Shown here: positions 28,723 to 42,085 of the stretch, one piece after another | Layout: each line of letters begins with the position of its first letter | How positions within the stretch are numbered: position 1 is the stretch's first letter | Origin: Marsupella aquatica | Lineage: Eukaryota; Plantae; Marchantiophyta | Reading direction: 5' to 3' | Assembly: GCA_973895155.1 (NCBI GenBank) | Contig: OZ316892.1 | Span: forward strand, 1,863,223 to 1,927,222 | Length of the DNA stretch: 64,000 nt | Notes under the pieces: model-generated | Seen by the model: the letters and a program-made list of their open reading frames with translations, nothing else | Told to the model about the DNA's origin: nothing | Databases searched by the model: none | Position numbers and translations under genes: made by a program

Positions 28723-29945
28723 TAACGAGGGGGTTTGGTCACATTAGGCTGAGCTTAAAAGAACAACTATTAAATATCCTTAGCTTAAGACAAATAAAGT
28801 GAATAAGAACAAAAGAATGAAATCTTATTATAAAAGCGCAGACTCAAGTCTATTTTTAAGAGCCTAGGTCTAGAGTGAAGCCTCTAGACCATAACTCTAT
28901 GACCATCATGTGCATGGGAGAAACTCATAACATGGTTATGATGTATGTACATGTTAATTTTTGGTGATAATTTCTATAGGCACTATGGCCCCACCACAAC
29001 ATATGTGCATAGAAGATAGATGTGCATAGAAGATAAATGTGCATACAAAAAAGACTCATGTGCACATAAAAGAGAATGGTATATTATATATGATTATTAA
29101 AATGATAATTTTTTTATCATTTCATTTAACCTTCAAAGAATATATTTTGCTAATTCTTTTATTGTCCTCTCTCCTATTTACGTTCAAAGAACGGGTAGTC
29201 AGGGCTAGTGAACACAAAAGACAAATCATTAAATGTTCCCCCTCACCTCTTTCCTCTCCCATCATGATCTGGCCTGAATAAAAATACAATATAATACTGA
29301 TTTTGTTTTGGTCTCTTTAGAACAAGGAAAATTGTATAGAAGTCCAGTATTGCAGTCCTTGTATATTGCAAACAAAAGTATCTTGGGGGACTTTTTTGGT
29401 GCCCCATCACATAGCTGAACATAGTTCAGTTAATCAATAGTAGCCCGATGACATATTGCAAACAAAAGTATCTTGGAGTACTTTTTTGCCCCTGTCACAT
29501 AGCTGAACATAGTTCAGCCAATCAATAGTAGCCCGATCACACGTTCGTAAATAGATACGAAGACAAATCTTGCCCAATATATATATATATGTTATTTTGG
29601 ATAGTCTTTGCCCCTCCTTGTTTTGTTCATTCGCATAAAAATTTAGTCTTTACTTAAAGCTAATGTCACTTTTGATGATTTTCATTTAAAATTTTGATTT
29701 TAATGAACCTCATTATCAGTTTTGTCTGATTGGGTCTAGAGGCTTCATTGGAGTTATTGTCTAGAGGTTTCAGTCTAGACTCAGGCCCTTAAAAGTAGAC
29801 TTCAGATGTATTCATGGTAAGCTTCTTTTAAATTTTGATACTAATAAACCTCATTCTCAATTTTGTCTGTTTTGGGAGTTATGGTCAACATAGACTTGGG
29901 CCCTTAAAAGTAGACTTCAGTTGGCGCTTTTACAGTATTCATGGT
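28723..29945. mobile_element. AT-rich insertion with subterminal inverted repeats (non-autonomous DNA-TE-like), flanked by 53-bp direct repeats
   Basis: 28830-28900 (aaagcgc..aagtctatttttaag..tctagagtgaagcctctagaccataactc) is inverted relative to 29750-29930. The same motif recurs at ~47300 and ~53265. Internal 2 x ~92 bp tandem at 29362-29540. Confidence 0.5.
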
Positions 29946-30733
29946 ACACTTTGTTATATGTGTTACTTTGTCCTCCAGTGTAGTCCTGTAACAATATGGA
30001 ATCCATATGTATCCAGAAGTACTGATCTCTATTTCTCTGCCCAGGAGGGTCTTAGTCTTCTGGGTCACTTAGTGTAATCTTTGGTTGGTAAGTTACTTTT
30101 GTTTGTGGGGGATTCCTTGTTTGGAGATTTGTGGGTATCCTTTCCTAGCGTGAAGGAAACCATGTTTTGTTTTCTTCATTGATCGAGAGTGCCTTGACAA
30201 ACCTTTTTGAAACATTTAATGCGTCTACATCACCAATTCTACTCCTAGAAGACTAGAGCCGAGATTCCACAAATCTACAAATCTCGAACTTGTCAGTGGC
30301 ATCACGGACAATCTAAGGAGGATCTCGTAGTAAATGTTCAAATCAAATTGCAACTCTTCGAGGTCAGAAGAAGCACTAGACCACAAGATTGGGTAAGGAT
30401 GCTTTGTCATGAACCACAAGATTGGGCAAGGATGCTTTGTCATGAACCACAACACCAACCTCAAGTGCTGGGAGGATTTCGTTTGCCAATAGTTGCAAAT
30501 GGGTCAATTAAGCCTGTACCAAGACTTTCAATCCATACAACGTCATGAATAAATCAATGATCAGGTCTAACGAGTTAACAACTGGTAAGTTTCCACACTG
30601 GTCCTAATAAACGTTTTAAATTGCAGTGATTTGAAACCAGGACAGATTTTATTATGGGTCTTCCAACCGCTCTTCTCCTCCTTCAATATACTTTGAAATA
30701 GCGTTGCGATGTCTGTTGCTTGGAAACTCTTCC

Positions 30734-32292
30734 CTATGGAATCAGCAAAATTTTGCCGATGTGTGTACTAGATTCTAGCAGCGAGTGGCTCTGTGCTGCC
30801 TCTGCCAAAGGAAAGGAAGAGTTGATGATTGGTTTGACTTCCCCTGACTCCACCTCTGGCCAGACATTCTTCAGGACCTCTGCTACAATCTCAGCCTTGT
30901 TCTCTTTGGTGCGGCTCCGCAATCCTGCACCTTGTACAGTGAGACGTTTTGCAAGGAACGGACCTAAATTGAATTGCCCAACAGCACCACCTTGAAAGCC
31001 AATCATGAAAAGGCTCCCTCCTATTCCCAATGCGTCAAGATTCTTCTGGAAGTACGCAGCTCCCATGTTGTCCAGTATCACATCCACTCCTTTACCACCA
31101 GTTGCCTCCTTTACTTTGGCAACGAAGTCTTCCTCTTTGTAATTTATGGCAAGATCTGCCCCCAGGTCTTTCACAAACTTTGCCTTCTCTGCGCTTCCAA
31201 CTGTGGTCAACACTGTGCAACCCTTCGCCTTGGCAATTTGGATGGCACACGTGCCTATTCCACTCGATCCTCCATGCACGAGGAAAGTTTCCCCGGAAGC
31301 AAGCTTGGACATCATGAAAACCGTGGACCACACAGTGCATGTCACCTCAGGTAAGCTTGCAGAATCGATTAGTGACACTCCCTTGGGAATTGGCAGTAAA
31401 TGATCTTCAGGCACACATACTTGTTCCGCGTATCCTCCTCCTCCAAGTAGAGCACAAGCCTGCACTTACAGAATCACCGGATTCTCTTCATAAATTTGCA
31501 CTTCATGGTCGCAGTTTCTGATAATGTCACATTTAAAGAATGACGTCTTTTAGCCGATGAAGTAAAACAATGTACCCTGTCTTTCAGCAGTTTATCTATG
31601 TACAGGGCAACCCAAATCTAAACCGCTCTGTGAGCGTCACAAAGCAACTCCGCAAGCACTTGAGATTATTGTACCAGTACAAGATTGATACTGTACTTCA
31701 CACAAAAGCATCATGTACCTAAAAGCCGTTCCCTTCAACACAAATTTGCTAATAGCTGAACATTGAAAGGAGCATTATGCTTTACTTCCAGCTGTTTGGA
31801 TCATAGCTATGCAAGAGGACATGCCATTCGGTGTGCTAATCACGCAATTCAAACGCTCTCAGAGGCAATCAGCAGATCATCAATAACAGTGGCCTGGTAT
31901 TGTCATAACAACACCCCACTCCACTCCATTGTTATTTTCTCAGTTGCTATTTGGTGAAAAATACAGATGGAAACAACAACGACAACGAGAAGAGATTAAT
32001 ACGACTTAATCATATATGGAATGGTAGGCTTAGTTTTCACCTTATCGCCGACCTTCCACTTGGTGACGCCGTGGCCCAGAGCTGTGATCACTCCCGAACA
32101 CTCCAACCCTGGGTAGGGAGAAGCACCCGGTGGCTGTGGGTAGCCACCATTCCGTTGAGAGGTGTCTGCTCGGTTGATGCCAGCGGCTGCAATTTTGATC
32201 AAAACTTCTCCGGCTCCCGGCTGCGGATCTGCAACTTCTTTCAGCTGCAGCACCTCCGGACCACCGGGCTGTGTAATCACAATCGCTTTCAT
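30734..32292 (-). CDS. NADPH:quinone oxidoreductase, PIG3-like (MDR/zeta-crystallin family), 2 coding exons, 325 aa
   Basis: Exons 32292-32041 and 31459-30734. Motifs MKAIVITQPGGPEVL, GINRADT.QR.G.YP, PGLECSG, LVHGGSSGIGT, HIGKILL. Confidence 0.95.
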
Positions 32293-34087
32293 GTTTTTAT
32301 CCCTGGTCCCTGTGCCCCCTTGCTCCTGATGATCTGGAGGGGAAGAAGAACAAGAAAACAGTGAGAAAGTACTGCTTATCGCTGAGGAAAACTAGGCGAG
32401 AAACAACACCGCAATTGCCTTTCAGACACTCTGGTCCCGACGACAAGGGAACGTCAGCACGAGAAGCAGAGAGAGGATGCAATCAAAACATCCCTGAAAG
32501 TTTCGGTGACTATCACCTCTGTATATTTAACAACACCGAAAGCTCGTCACACAAGATTCAGCGGCAATTCACAGCAACAGACTAGTTCTACCGACGAGAC
32601 CAATTCTTTGGCTGGGCAGGGTTGCTCTGCAGCTAAGCTGCTCTTGAGAATGCTGAAGGTAAGGACGGTCATGCGTTCAACATCAAACGTCAGCAATCAA
32701 AGAAAAAACGAGGGGAGCATGCGGTTCATTGAAGTTCGTCAAACGCAGAAGTGTGGGAGCTGAGGGGCAGAGCAGGAGCAGAGTACCCAAAGAGAGCTAT
32801 ACTGCTGAACAACGCCGGGACAGTTTGTGTCGACGACAAGGAGCAGAATCGGCCGCAGACATCACCACTGGGGATCCGTGTTTAGCGATCGAAGCCCTCA
32901 TATAATTGACGAGAAATTCATCGCAGCCTCTGGCCCACGCTGATGAAAGGACTGCGGAAATTTCGTTTAGAAGCCGTGTATGACGATGATCGAGAGATGA
33001 CGTCAGCAGCTTTTGGGCAGAATGATGTTTTGGTGACAAGAAGGAAAAATATATATATCACAGTCCAAAAGGACAAAAATGCCAAACCGAGGTTCCCAAA
33101 TGCAAAGGAACCCAATAAAGGGAAGGAAGAGAAAAAGGCCGAGATATAGGTTTAATCTACCCCCTCTAGACTCTATAATGCCCCATACAAGAACAATGTG
33201 TAGGAAACAGTCAGAGGGGGTTGATTGGGGGAGTTTTCAACTTAGGGGGTAGATTAAGCATATTGCATATTGCTGAGGAGATAGGGCCGAGGAAATAGTC
33301 CAGAGGGGGTCGATTAAGCATATATCTGGAAAAAGGCCCCAAGAAGACCAAAATGGTCAAACAACCCAAGGAAAAAGCTGATATTTGGCAAGGTTTGCAC
33401 CTAAGGAATAATTCACACATATGGCCTTCCCAGGTGGAATTGGGTCAGATTTCTGTAACCTACCCCCAACCTCCGCAAGTTGCTTCTTAATCTAATCAAC
33501 TATTATAATATTCAATTTGCCAAAAGGAGTGCACTATAATATCAAATTCTGCCAAAAGGAGTGGTGGGTTGTTTACAAACCAACCATCATCACAAAATTC
33601 ATTTTGGGTCATTCTGATATTTATTTAATATAAGATAGATTAGCTATTAGTGCACTCTAATAGTGCACTCCCCCTCCCCATTGTGCTTTCCAGTCTTTCC
33701 TTAGCATGGCAAATTTAGCATTGGCTAAGGACTAAGACAACCAATTAAAAAAAACCACAAAACCTCGGGGGGCCTCACTCTAAAGGGGGTCTCATAACAC
33801 ACTAAACAAATGGAGGGCTCTTGGTCTTCACATGTTTAGAGGTACACCAATAGTCGATGACTGGGCGCAAAACCTAGACAGTTTTTGTTGCTTGCATGAT
33901 TGCTTTGGTAGCAATAACCTTTGTGTTTGAGACTTAATTACACACTCTGTACTAAATCGTAATGTAAGCATCTCACTTGAACACTATCCACTCTTTTAAA
34001 AGGGGACAACTGATGTTTGAAAGTATTGAACTAAAAGAAAACAGTGATACCGCTCTTGACTCGGTTGCAACTCATAACCATTATATA

Positions 34088-34705
34088 CTAGCTCAATACC
34101 CGTGCGTTGCACAAAAGAAATCGTGTCGGCCAAGATGTTGTTGAGAAAAAATATGTCATGTCGGCCAAGAGGTCGTTGAGAGAAAATATGGAGTGTGGGC
34201 CAAGTGGTCGTGGAGACAAAAGATGTCATGTCGGCCGAGACATTGTTGAGAGAAAATACCCATGTGCTGCACAAAAGATGTCATGTCACCTAAGATGTTG
34301 TTATGTGAAAGATGTCATGGAGTAAAAAGGTGTTGTTAAGAAAAAAGAAGTCATTTGCCAAAGATGCCATTATGTGAAATATGTTGTTAAGAAAAATGTG
34401 TCATTTTGCCAAATATATCGTGAAGTAAAAGATGTTATAAGAAAAAAGGTGTCGTTTCATCCAAGTTGTCATTATGTGAAAGATGTTTTGAAATAAAAAT
34501 TCAAGGAGAGAAGGAGCAAGTCTTTTTCATTGTTTTTCTTTTTTCACCCAAAATGCCCCTGCATTTGAATGACAACCACTCTATAAATTGGCACAACGTT
34601 ATATTATCGGTTTCAGGTATAGGGTTTATCAAAGATGATTATTATGTCGGTATCCTTTCAATCCCCATGCGTTGCATAAAAGATGTTGTTTGGTTAAAGA
34701 CAACC
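34088..34705 (-). mobile_element. Non-autonomous Helitron-like element, copy 1 (partial)
   Basis: Minus-strand 3' end GTGCAACGCACGGGTATTGAGCTAG followed by T, a Helitron-type hairpin plus CTAG. Colinear with 45811-46930. Confidence 0.7.
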
Positions 34706-35386
34706 ACAAAAGTATAACAAAATGAGAGGTGTACCTTAACCTCCCCCTTTAAATTCCCCATTTTCCTATTTTTGGGTCTTCTCTTTTTCACATCCACCAT
34801 CACTCCACTCGTTGTCGCCCCTCCCCTCCCCACCCATGTGAGATCAAGGGGCTACCCTACTTTGTGAGTGTACCCCTCGCCCGACACCTTGCCATCATCA
34901 CCCATGCCATGCGCTTCACTATGTCTCTGGACCTTATTATTTTTGTTTTTTGGCATTGAAAATGACACTGCAAATGACTGTAAAAATCACCACAAATATT
35001 GGGAGAGTAGTTTTTATTTGATCTAGTGACTAAAACATTATTAGCAATTAAACTACTCTTGCCAGTATTACAAAAAATTATGATGCACACAATATTGAAT
35101 ATGTACAATGAATATGTACAATACTTACTTGCATGGATGTATTTAGTTGATCCTAGTGCATTGATCTTTTTGCATTGTGTTAAAGTCTATCACTTCTTCT
35201 TTTCTGTGTCTAGTATGATTATTCTTGCTTGTCTTGGGCACTGGTGCAACTTTTTGCGATTCACACTAACCTCAATTCACACTTTGGCTTTATTGCTTAC
35301 CTTTGACCAAATTTTTTAATTTTTGTGCCCTTCAAATTTGAACTACAAACACTCTAAAAAGTGAAGCAACTGTGTACTATATGTGT

Positions 35387-37199
35387 ATAGCTCAATACCC
35401 GTGCGTTGCACAAAAGATGTCGTGTCTCCCAAGATGTCGTATCCTCTAAGATGTTAAGACAAAAAGATGTTGTGTTGCCCACAATGTAGTTAAGAAAAAA
35501 TATGTTGTGTCGCCCAAGACGTCGTTAAGAAAAAAATATGTGGTGTCGCCCAAGATGTCGTTAAGAAAGAATATGTCGTGTCGCCCAGCTGAAGATGTCA
35601 TGACAAAAAAAATGTTGTGTCACCCATTGTTGTGTCGCCCAATGTTGTGTCGCCCAAGTTGTGTTGCCCAATGTGTCATTAATAAAGAAAAAAGATATTG
35701 TGTCACCAAAGATGTAGTTAAGAAAAATGATATTGTGTCATCCAAAATGTCCTTAAGACAAAAGATATCGAATCAACCAAGATATTGTTAAGAAAAAAAT
35801 GTTGTGGCACCCAATATGTCCTTATGAAAAGAAATGCCACATTGCCCAAGATGTCGTTAAGAGAAAAATTGTCGTTAAGTAAAAAAGACGTTAGGACAAA
35901 AGTTGCACAAAAGATGGTGTGGTGAGAAAAAGATGTTGAAGTGAAAAATAGATGTTGAGGTGAGAAAAAGAAGTTGAAGTGAGAAAAATATGTCAAAGAG
36001 AGAAATGTTGAGGTGAGAAAAAGATGTTGAGGTGAACAAAGATGTTGATGAGAAAAAAAGATGTTGAGCTAAGAAAAAGAAGTAGAGCAAAAACTATGTC
36101 AAGGAGAGAAAAGATGACGATATGAGAAAAATATGTGAAGATGAGGAAAAGATGTCAAGAGTGAGGGAAAAATGTTGTGGTGAGATAAAAATGTGAAGGT
36201 GAGAAACAGGTCAGATGTCAAGGTGAAAACAAATGTCAATGAGAAAAAGAGATGTTGAGGTGAGACAATGAAGTCAAGGTGAAGAAAAGATGTTGAGGAG
36301 AGAAAAAACATGGCGAGGTGAAAAAAAGACGTTGAGGAGAGAAAACATGTAGAGGGTGAGAGAAAAATGTGAAGGTGAGATAAAGATGTCAAGGTGAGAA
36401 AAGATATTGAGTCAGGTGCGAAAATATATCGAGGAGAGAAACAAACATCAAGGACCTAAATGATGTTGAGGGTGAGAAAAAATTGTCGTGAGAAAAATAT
36501 GTCAAGGCAAGGTAGAGACTGAGATAATAGTCATCGCAACATAGAGTCCAAGCACAACCAAGTGACAGAAAAAAATATGTTTTTTATAAAACATTTAGAG
36601 AAATTAATATCATACATATTATTTATACTCAAGAATATAAATTTAAAGTTATTATCCAATTCATTAAGTCTCAATTTTAATAATTAAGTTTTTAATTAAT
36701 TTTCAAATAAGTTTTTTCTTGGTTAGGTTTGGGTAAGGTATGGGTAGCTTGGCCAGAGATAATTGAGATTAATAGAGACCTGGATGGATCCTACAGTTGC
36801 AGAAAAACAAAGTTTTATTTAAGACCTAGGATTGTTTCGATTTTTTCTTGAGTTTGTAAATAATACCATATCCATTTTTAGAGGATATGATATATAGTGA
36901 CTTATGATACTCTTGCATACAACAGCTTTAGGTACTTTTTTTGTCTTTTGTTTCCATCATTAGATTCCTTTTTGTGTGAAAAGTACATGCAACAGGGTTA
37001 GTTACATTTTTTGTTTTGCGTGTCCACCAAATTGATTACTGTTTGTGTGAAAAGATTTCTTGTACTTTTTGGTTCACTCTATATTTAATTTGCTTTTAGT
37101 TTTATCCCTTCTCTTTGTTGATTACTTCTTTTTTTGGCACTGTATTTTTGAATGACGACCACGGTAAAAAGAGGCGCAACAGTGTATTATAGTTTAGGA
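35387..37199 (-). mobile_element. Non-autonomous Helitron-like element, copy 2 (~1.8 kb, both ends)
   Basis: Minus strand 5' A|TCCTAAACTATAATA at 37199 and 3' ..GCAACGCACGGGTATTGAGCTAT at 35387 (CTAG variant). Internal degenerate minisatellites. Colinear with 61556-63221. Confidence 0.7.
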
Positions 37200-37744
37200 T
37201 AACTGATCATACATGATGGCAAGGGATTGCCAGAGTCGGGTCCTGGTTATCCGATAGTAAAGAAGTTTGCCTGAATGCAAGCGAATTGTTTTTCTTAGTC
37301 ACCAGCCAAATTGATGTACAGTTGCTAACATGTTTGTAGCCTCTAACTCACAGAGAAAATAATCCGGAAGCCTTTAGTTGGATTTAGTGTCGAAGATTAG
37401 ACAGTGACAGACACAATTTTGATTTGAATCCGGACAAGTTCAATGAGGATAGCGAAGGCGCCGCTGGGAATAAACGAAAAAGAGTAACCCAGTACGAAGA
37501 ATCAGAAGACTAAAGGTGCCATTGTTTAGATGGAGAAAGACAATCCCATATTCCTATTATCTGGCTTTGCAAAACTCGAGAGCTAGATCCGTTGTGGGAC
37601 ACGCAATGTTGAATGACTTTTAAACTGGGAGATTTTGGTGGTCAAGTCAAGAACCCGGGAAGCCGAGAATTATATTGATGATTTTGTTAGATTGATAAAG
37701 GTTGCACATTACAAGTGAACATAAGATATTGAAATGAAGGTCTT

Positions 37745-40688
37745 TTAGATCTTCATGCCAACGAAAGTTCTCTCGTAGATGCTGTTTGCAAGCAGCCAGA
37801 TGCAATCCATGTTCATAAGGGACTTCTCAAAAATTCTCATGATCTCTTCCACTTTTTCCTCCTTGTCCCTGCGTCCAGCCAATGTACAGGGGAGAACATT
37901 TATTTCTTGCTTAAAGCACAAAGCAAGCACCTTGCATCTAGCCTGGTCCAAAGACAAAATATACACGATGTATATCGTTTAATTGCTAGTTATGATACTT
38001 GCGCATTGATTCATAACAAATTAATGGGAAGCAAGAAGATCTGATGACAAGTATTGCCAGAAAGGATGACAAACCTGCCACGCCCATGGAACTTGAGTGT
38101 CAGCACTAGGAGGCCACCCTTCTGAAGATGGATCAGTAAAGGTAATACAACTTCTGCAGCTTCTACTGGATGCCGGTTTACATCACAAACTAGCAGATGA
38201 AATCCGTTTCCCTCACTGCATGCCACAAGTTCTGCAGTTGCGTCCTTTGCCTGACATTTACAAGCCAGAGTAAAGGCATGATGCCATTGTAAGAAGGAAT
38301 AGATTCTCTGAGTTTTGATAAGTAGTGCCTTCTATACCTCACAATGCTACAAAGTAATCAATTACCATCTTGCTAATATGCGTGACATTTGCTTGCAACA
38401 CTTCCTCGTGCAGTGGGGCTGGGTCAACAGCGATGACACGTTTTATGTGCTTACTGAGATACTGAGTCCATCCACCAGGTGCAGCTCCCAAGTCCATGGC
38501 TGCATAAGATAGCCAAAAACAGACCTCAAAAAATGTATTGCAATAGAGCAGCAGCATTTTTAGCTTAGTGTGCTTCAAACTCTAAATTTCTCGAATCGTT
38601 AGCAGCAAACGTGCTGGTTCACCTTCCTTGTATCTCGATTCACGTAATGCCTGATCCATGATCCAATTGCTTACCAATCATGTCCTTGTGTAGGTTGAAT
38701 CCAAGAACCTGCATGATCTCCTTCAGCTTCATAGAAGCTCTTGCGATGTAGCCACTTGCCAGGTCTACTCTGTCTTTTGGGGCCAGATACATATGGGTTC
38801 CAGGTGCAATTCCATATCTGTATGTCGTATCAACGTGCACTACATACATTGTGTGGGAGAAACCATGAGGCTGGAAGTCAATGTCTCCAAATCCATCAAC
38901 CAGTGAGTCCGTTAGCTCACGGGGATAAGTTTGCAGCCTCACTTTCAGCTTAGGTCCACACTCCACTTCAGTACTGGATGGGGTGTCGTCAGGTGCAGCT
39001 GTCCAGTGCTCCCGGTCGGTACAGATGCTGCACTGAGAGTCATTAACTGTCTGCATGCTCGATTTTCTTACAATTGCTGCCCCTGTCTCCAAGAGTCCGT
39101 CCGACTCCACTTCATTGCTACAAGCAATAGAAATATGTCAGAGCAATCAGGCAGACACGATACAGCTGTTGATTTTCTACTTTCGAAAATAAAGGCTTCT
39201 GCTCGTGCATGTTCATGATCTCAAATGACAGAGGTGAAGCCATTGACGATATGGAGTCAATCCAATGCGCTGATGTGGAGGAATGCATCTAACAGTGAAA
39301 GCAACGGCCGCCTGAGAATACAATGAAGATGATGGGTCTGCGAGTTCGAGAGAGAAAGACTGGGAGTACCAACCTACAAGAAGTAACCCGAGGAACCGTA
39401 CTGCTGTCGTTGAGTAAAATTTGTAGATGGGATATGCAGTTGGTCCTAGACTTCCTCGTGTGCTCAAACCAGTACACCCTGACGATATAGCTATATGTTT
39501 GCCAAGTCCACTTCTCAGCCAAGAAAGTTTTTTGACGCTAATAAGACCAGAGGAGCATTAAAGATTGATACACCTCACGAACTGAAACAGTACAGGCTAA
39601 CGGCATAAGTCATTTGGATAGCAAGTCTCTTAGACCCGATGCTATTTCCGCAAAGAAGGTGAGGTAAGAACATCAAAACGGCAGCATACGTAACCGATTA
39701 GGAAAGAAAAGCAGACGACAGTCATTGACTTTGAATGAATATCCGTCAAATGCACTTAATTAACCTAAACATAGTAATTGCACCCAGCCTGTCCAGCAGA
39801 AGTTTGCTCAATGCTGAAAATGGAATAGATGGCAAGTCCTTAAAACATTACAAATTGGACCACAAACGAAAACAGGTAGACGTTTCCATTAGGAAGTGCA
39901 GAGAATCACACCCGCTGAGAAAAGTTGAGCGGATGTGATGGTTGAAGTCTTCTGGTGGCACCTTACAATCGTTGAGGAGGACAAGACAAGGACCTCTGTG
40001 ATCCGACACTCGTATACCAAGTTCTTCTGCACTGGTGCAAAAGCCCTTCGAACTTGGAAACGCCTACGAACAATCCAGCATTTGGTCAACAGTGAGTGAA
40101 CTGTGAACTTCCATCCTCCCTACTCTGCACAAAAGGCTCTAAATGTACAACAAAAGCCCTTCAAAAATCTTGCCGGGGTCAGACCTGAAAATTCGCGAGT
40201 TCAATTTCATTTTCATTCTGTACTTTCCAATGTACCAAATCAGCAGTCTCCGAGTAAGACTGTGTTGCGTTTCACATTCGAGATTGTTTTCGTTATGCAG
40301 CGTATGTGACAACATGAGGTATCAACAAAACAAATGACATTTGTTTGATCGGACAAGCAACGATTTAAATAGCAGAAAAGAGAGATTGGGAGATAATCAC
40401 AAAACGAGAAAGGTTGTGAGAGATAGCCACCTGCAAGTGACGCGAAGACAGGTAGAGCTGCAGGCGATGCGCGTGCAGCTGCGAACCCGTCTGTAAAATT
40501 ACGTGCATTTCCGAGCCGTCCTCTACAGTCCAAGTATGTAAGCTGAGCTGAGCTGGTGCGGAGCAGAGAGCAGAGAATCTGCGGTGCCGATTCAACTTGA
40601 CAAAGCTTTCCAGCGCTAATCAATTCGGCCGAGAGCATTACAGAGCTAAGAGTTATGTTCCGGACTTCTTCAACTCCTTACCTTGCAT
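37745..40688 (-). CDS. RlmM/FtsJ-like SAM-dependent RNA 2'-O-methyltransferase, ~8 exons (5' end uncertain)
   Basis: Phase-consistent exons (40688-40682 tentative), 40522-40431, 40063-39912, 39490-39374, 39117-38675, 38499-38366, 38250-38075, 37868-37745. SAM motif AMDLGAAPGGWT and VIAVDPA. K-D-K-E tetrad in ARASMKL, LVCD, LTLKF and YERT. Confidence 0.85.
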
Positions 40689-42085
40689 CAGTTTACAAGT
40701 TCACATCCTACTGTGTACAGTATGATTCAGGGTCCCACCACTTGCGTCCTATACCCTTGGAGGTTCCAAATGAATGAAGTGTACTTGCACAATTGAATTG
40801 CTGATACGGTAGAGAATGTGAGTCACAAACCGAAAGAAGTGTTACCCAAAAGAGGCGCTACGTTGAAAACCACTCACTCAATCTCAATTTGTTGCCTGGC
40901 AGCAAAGCATTCGGCCTGTACTGGTCTCTGTCCACCTCTGCCCTTATTACATGGGTTTTTTGGACTGTCCGTTACCTCCGATCTGCCGATTGAAGGATTG
41001 TACTTCTGTTTTGTAATGAACTTCAATCCTAACTGTCGTTCGCCGTGGAGGGGATGCGCTAGTACTGTCGGGGAGAGTATTGCGGGAAATTTTCACATGG
41101 CCTGGACAATCAACAACCATTTATGTGTTGTTAACGGAAATTAGGGTTGTGCTGCAGATCTTATCCGCGACAATCGGGTTCCCTAAATTTCCTGAGAAAC
41201 CCTTTCCTGCTGTCAAGAAGTGCCAGGCGGTTATTGGGCAGAATTTACTTTACCTTTAAGAAAAAAGGCAGAATTTACTTGACCTTTAAGCAAAAAGGTC
41301 GATCATTCCAATGTACAGTATATTTCATGAGTGAGAGTTGTCAAGAGTATGTAGTAATCCAAAATTAACAAGAATCTAGACGAGCAGAGTCCATTTGGCT
41401 TCCACAAATACTCAAATGTGGAAGCAAAGAAAACAGGGCCAGTGCCTCCTCTCGCAGATAGTGATTCAAAACGATAACCTTCGAGGTCCCAACTCCCAAG
41501 CAAGCAGATTAAGAAACATAACCAGAACTTGCTTGAGTGGGTAACCAGGACAGTTACTTGGTCAAACAAACAATTATTCCAGACAACAAACGCCCTTCCA
41601 GCGTGGTCAAATTTCCGGATGGAAGCATCAACCAACAAATGTACATTTTCGGTGTGGCATACTGCCCGGTTGGCTATGATTATGAATTGGTATCCTGCGT
41701 TGGATGGAGAATGTGATCGAAACAACCATCTGAATCAATCAATATAATACAAAAGCTTGAAACTCAAAACCCCGCTGGATATTGTATAAAGGTAAATTGA
41801 ATAATTACATTTGATGGATAAGATTGTTCCATTTCCTCAGTATATCCCGTACAATGAGTAGGAGACACCACAGAAAAATTAATCTTTGACAATCAGTCAC
41901 TCTACTACTGATTGGAACAGTTTGTTCCTATCCTTAAATCGGCTCTCGGCCCTCATCATCAATCATATACAATAAAGAATCAAGCCTGAAATAGATATTG
42001 GCAGCTATTCTGCCGGCCTTTGACTTCGCAGTCTACATACGCCAATTTTTACAACTAAAATTGAGCCTCAAATAGAGCTCGGTAA

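Noticed and set aside
40240-40638. 132-aa ORF MLSAELISAGK as the methyltransferase N-terminus
   Set aside because: Its phase at the 40431 donor does not join the next exon's open frame, whereas the EMHVILQ frame does.
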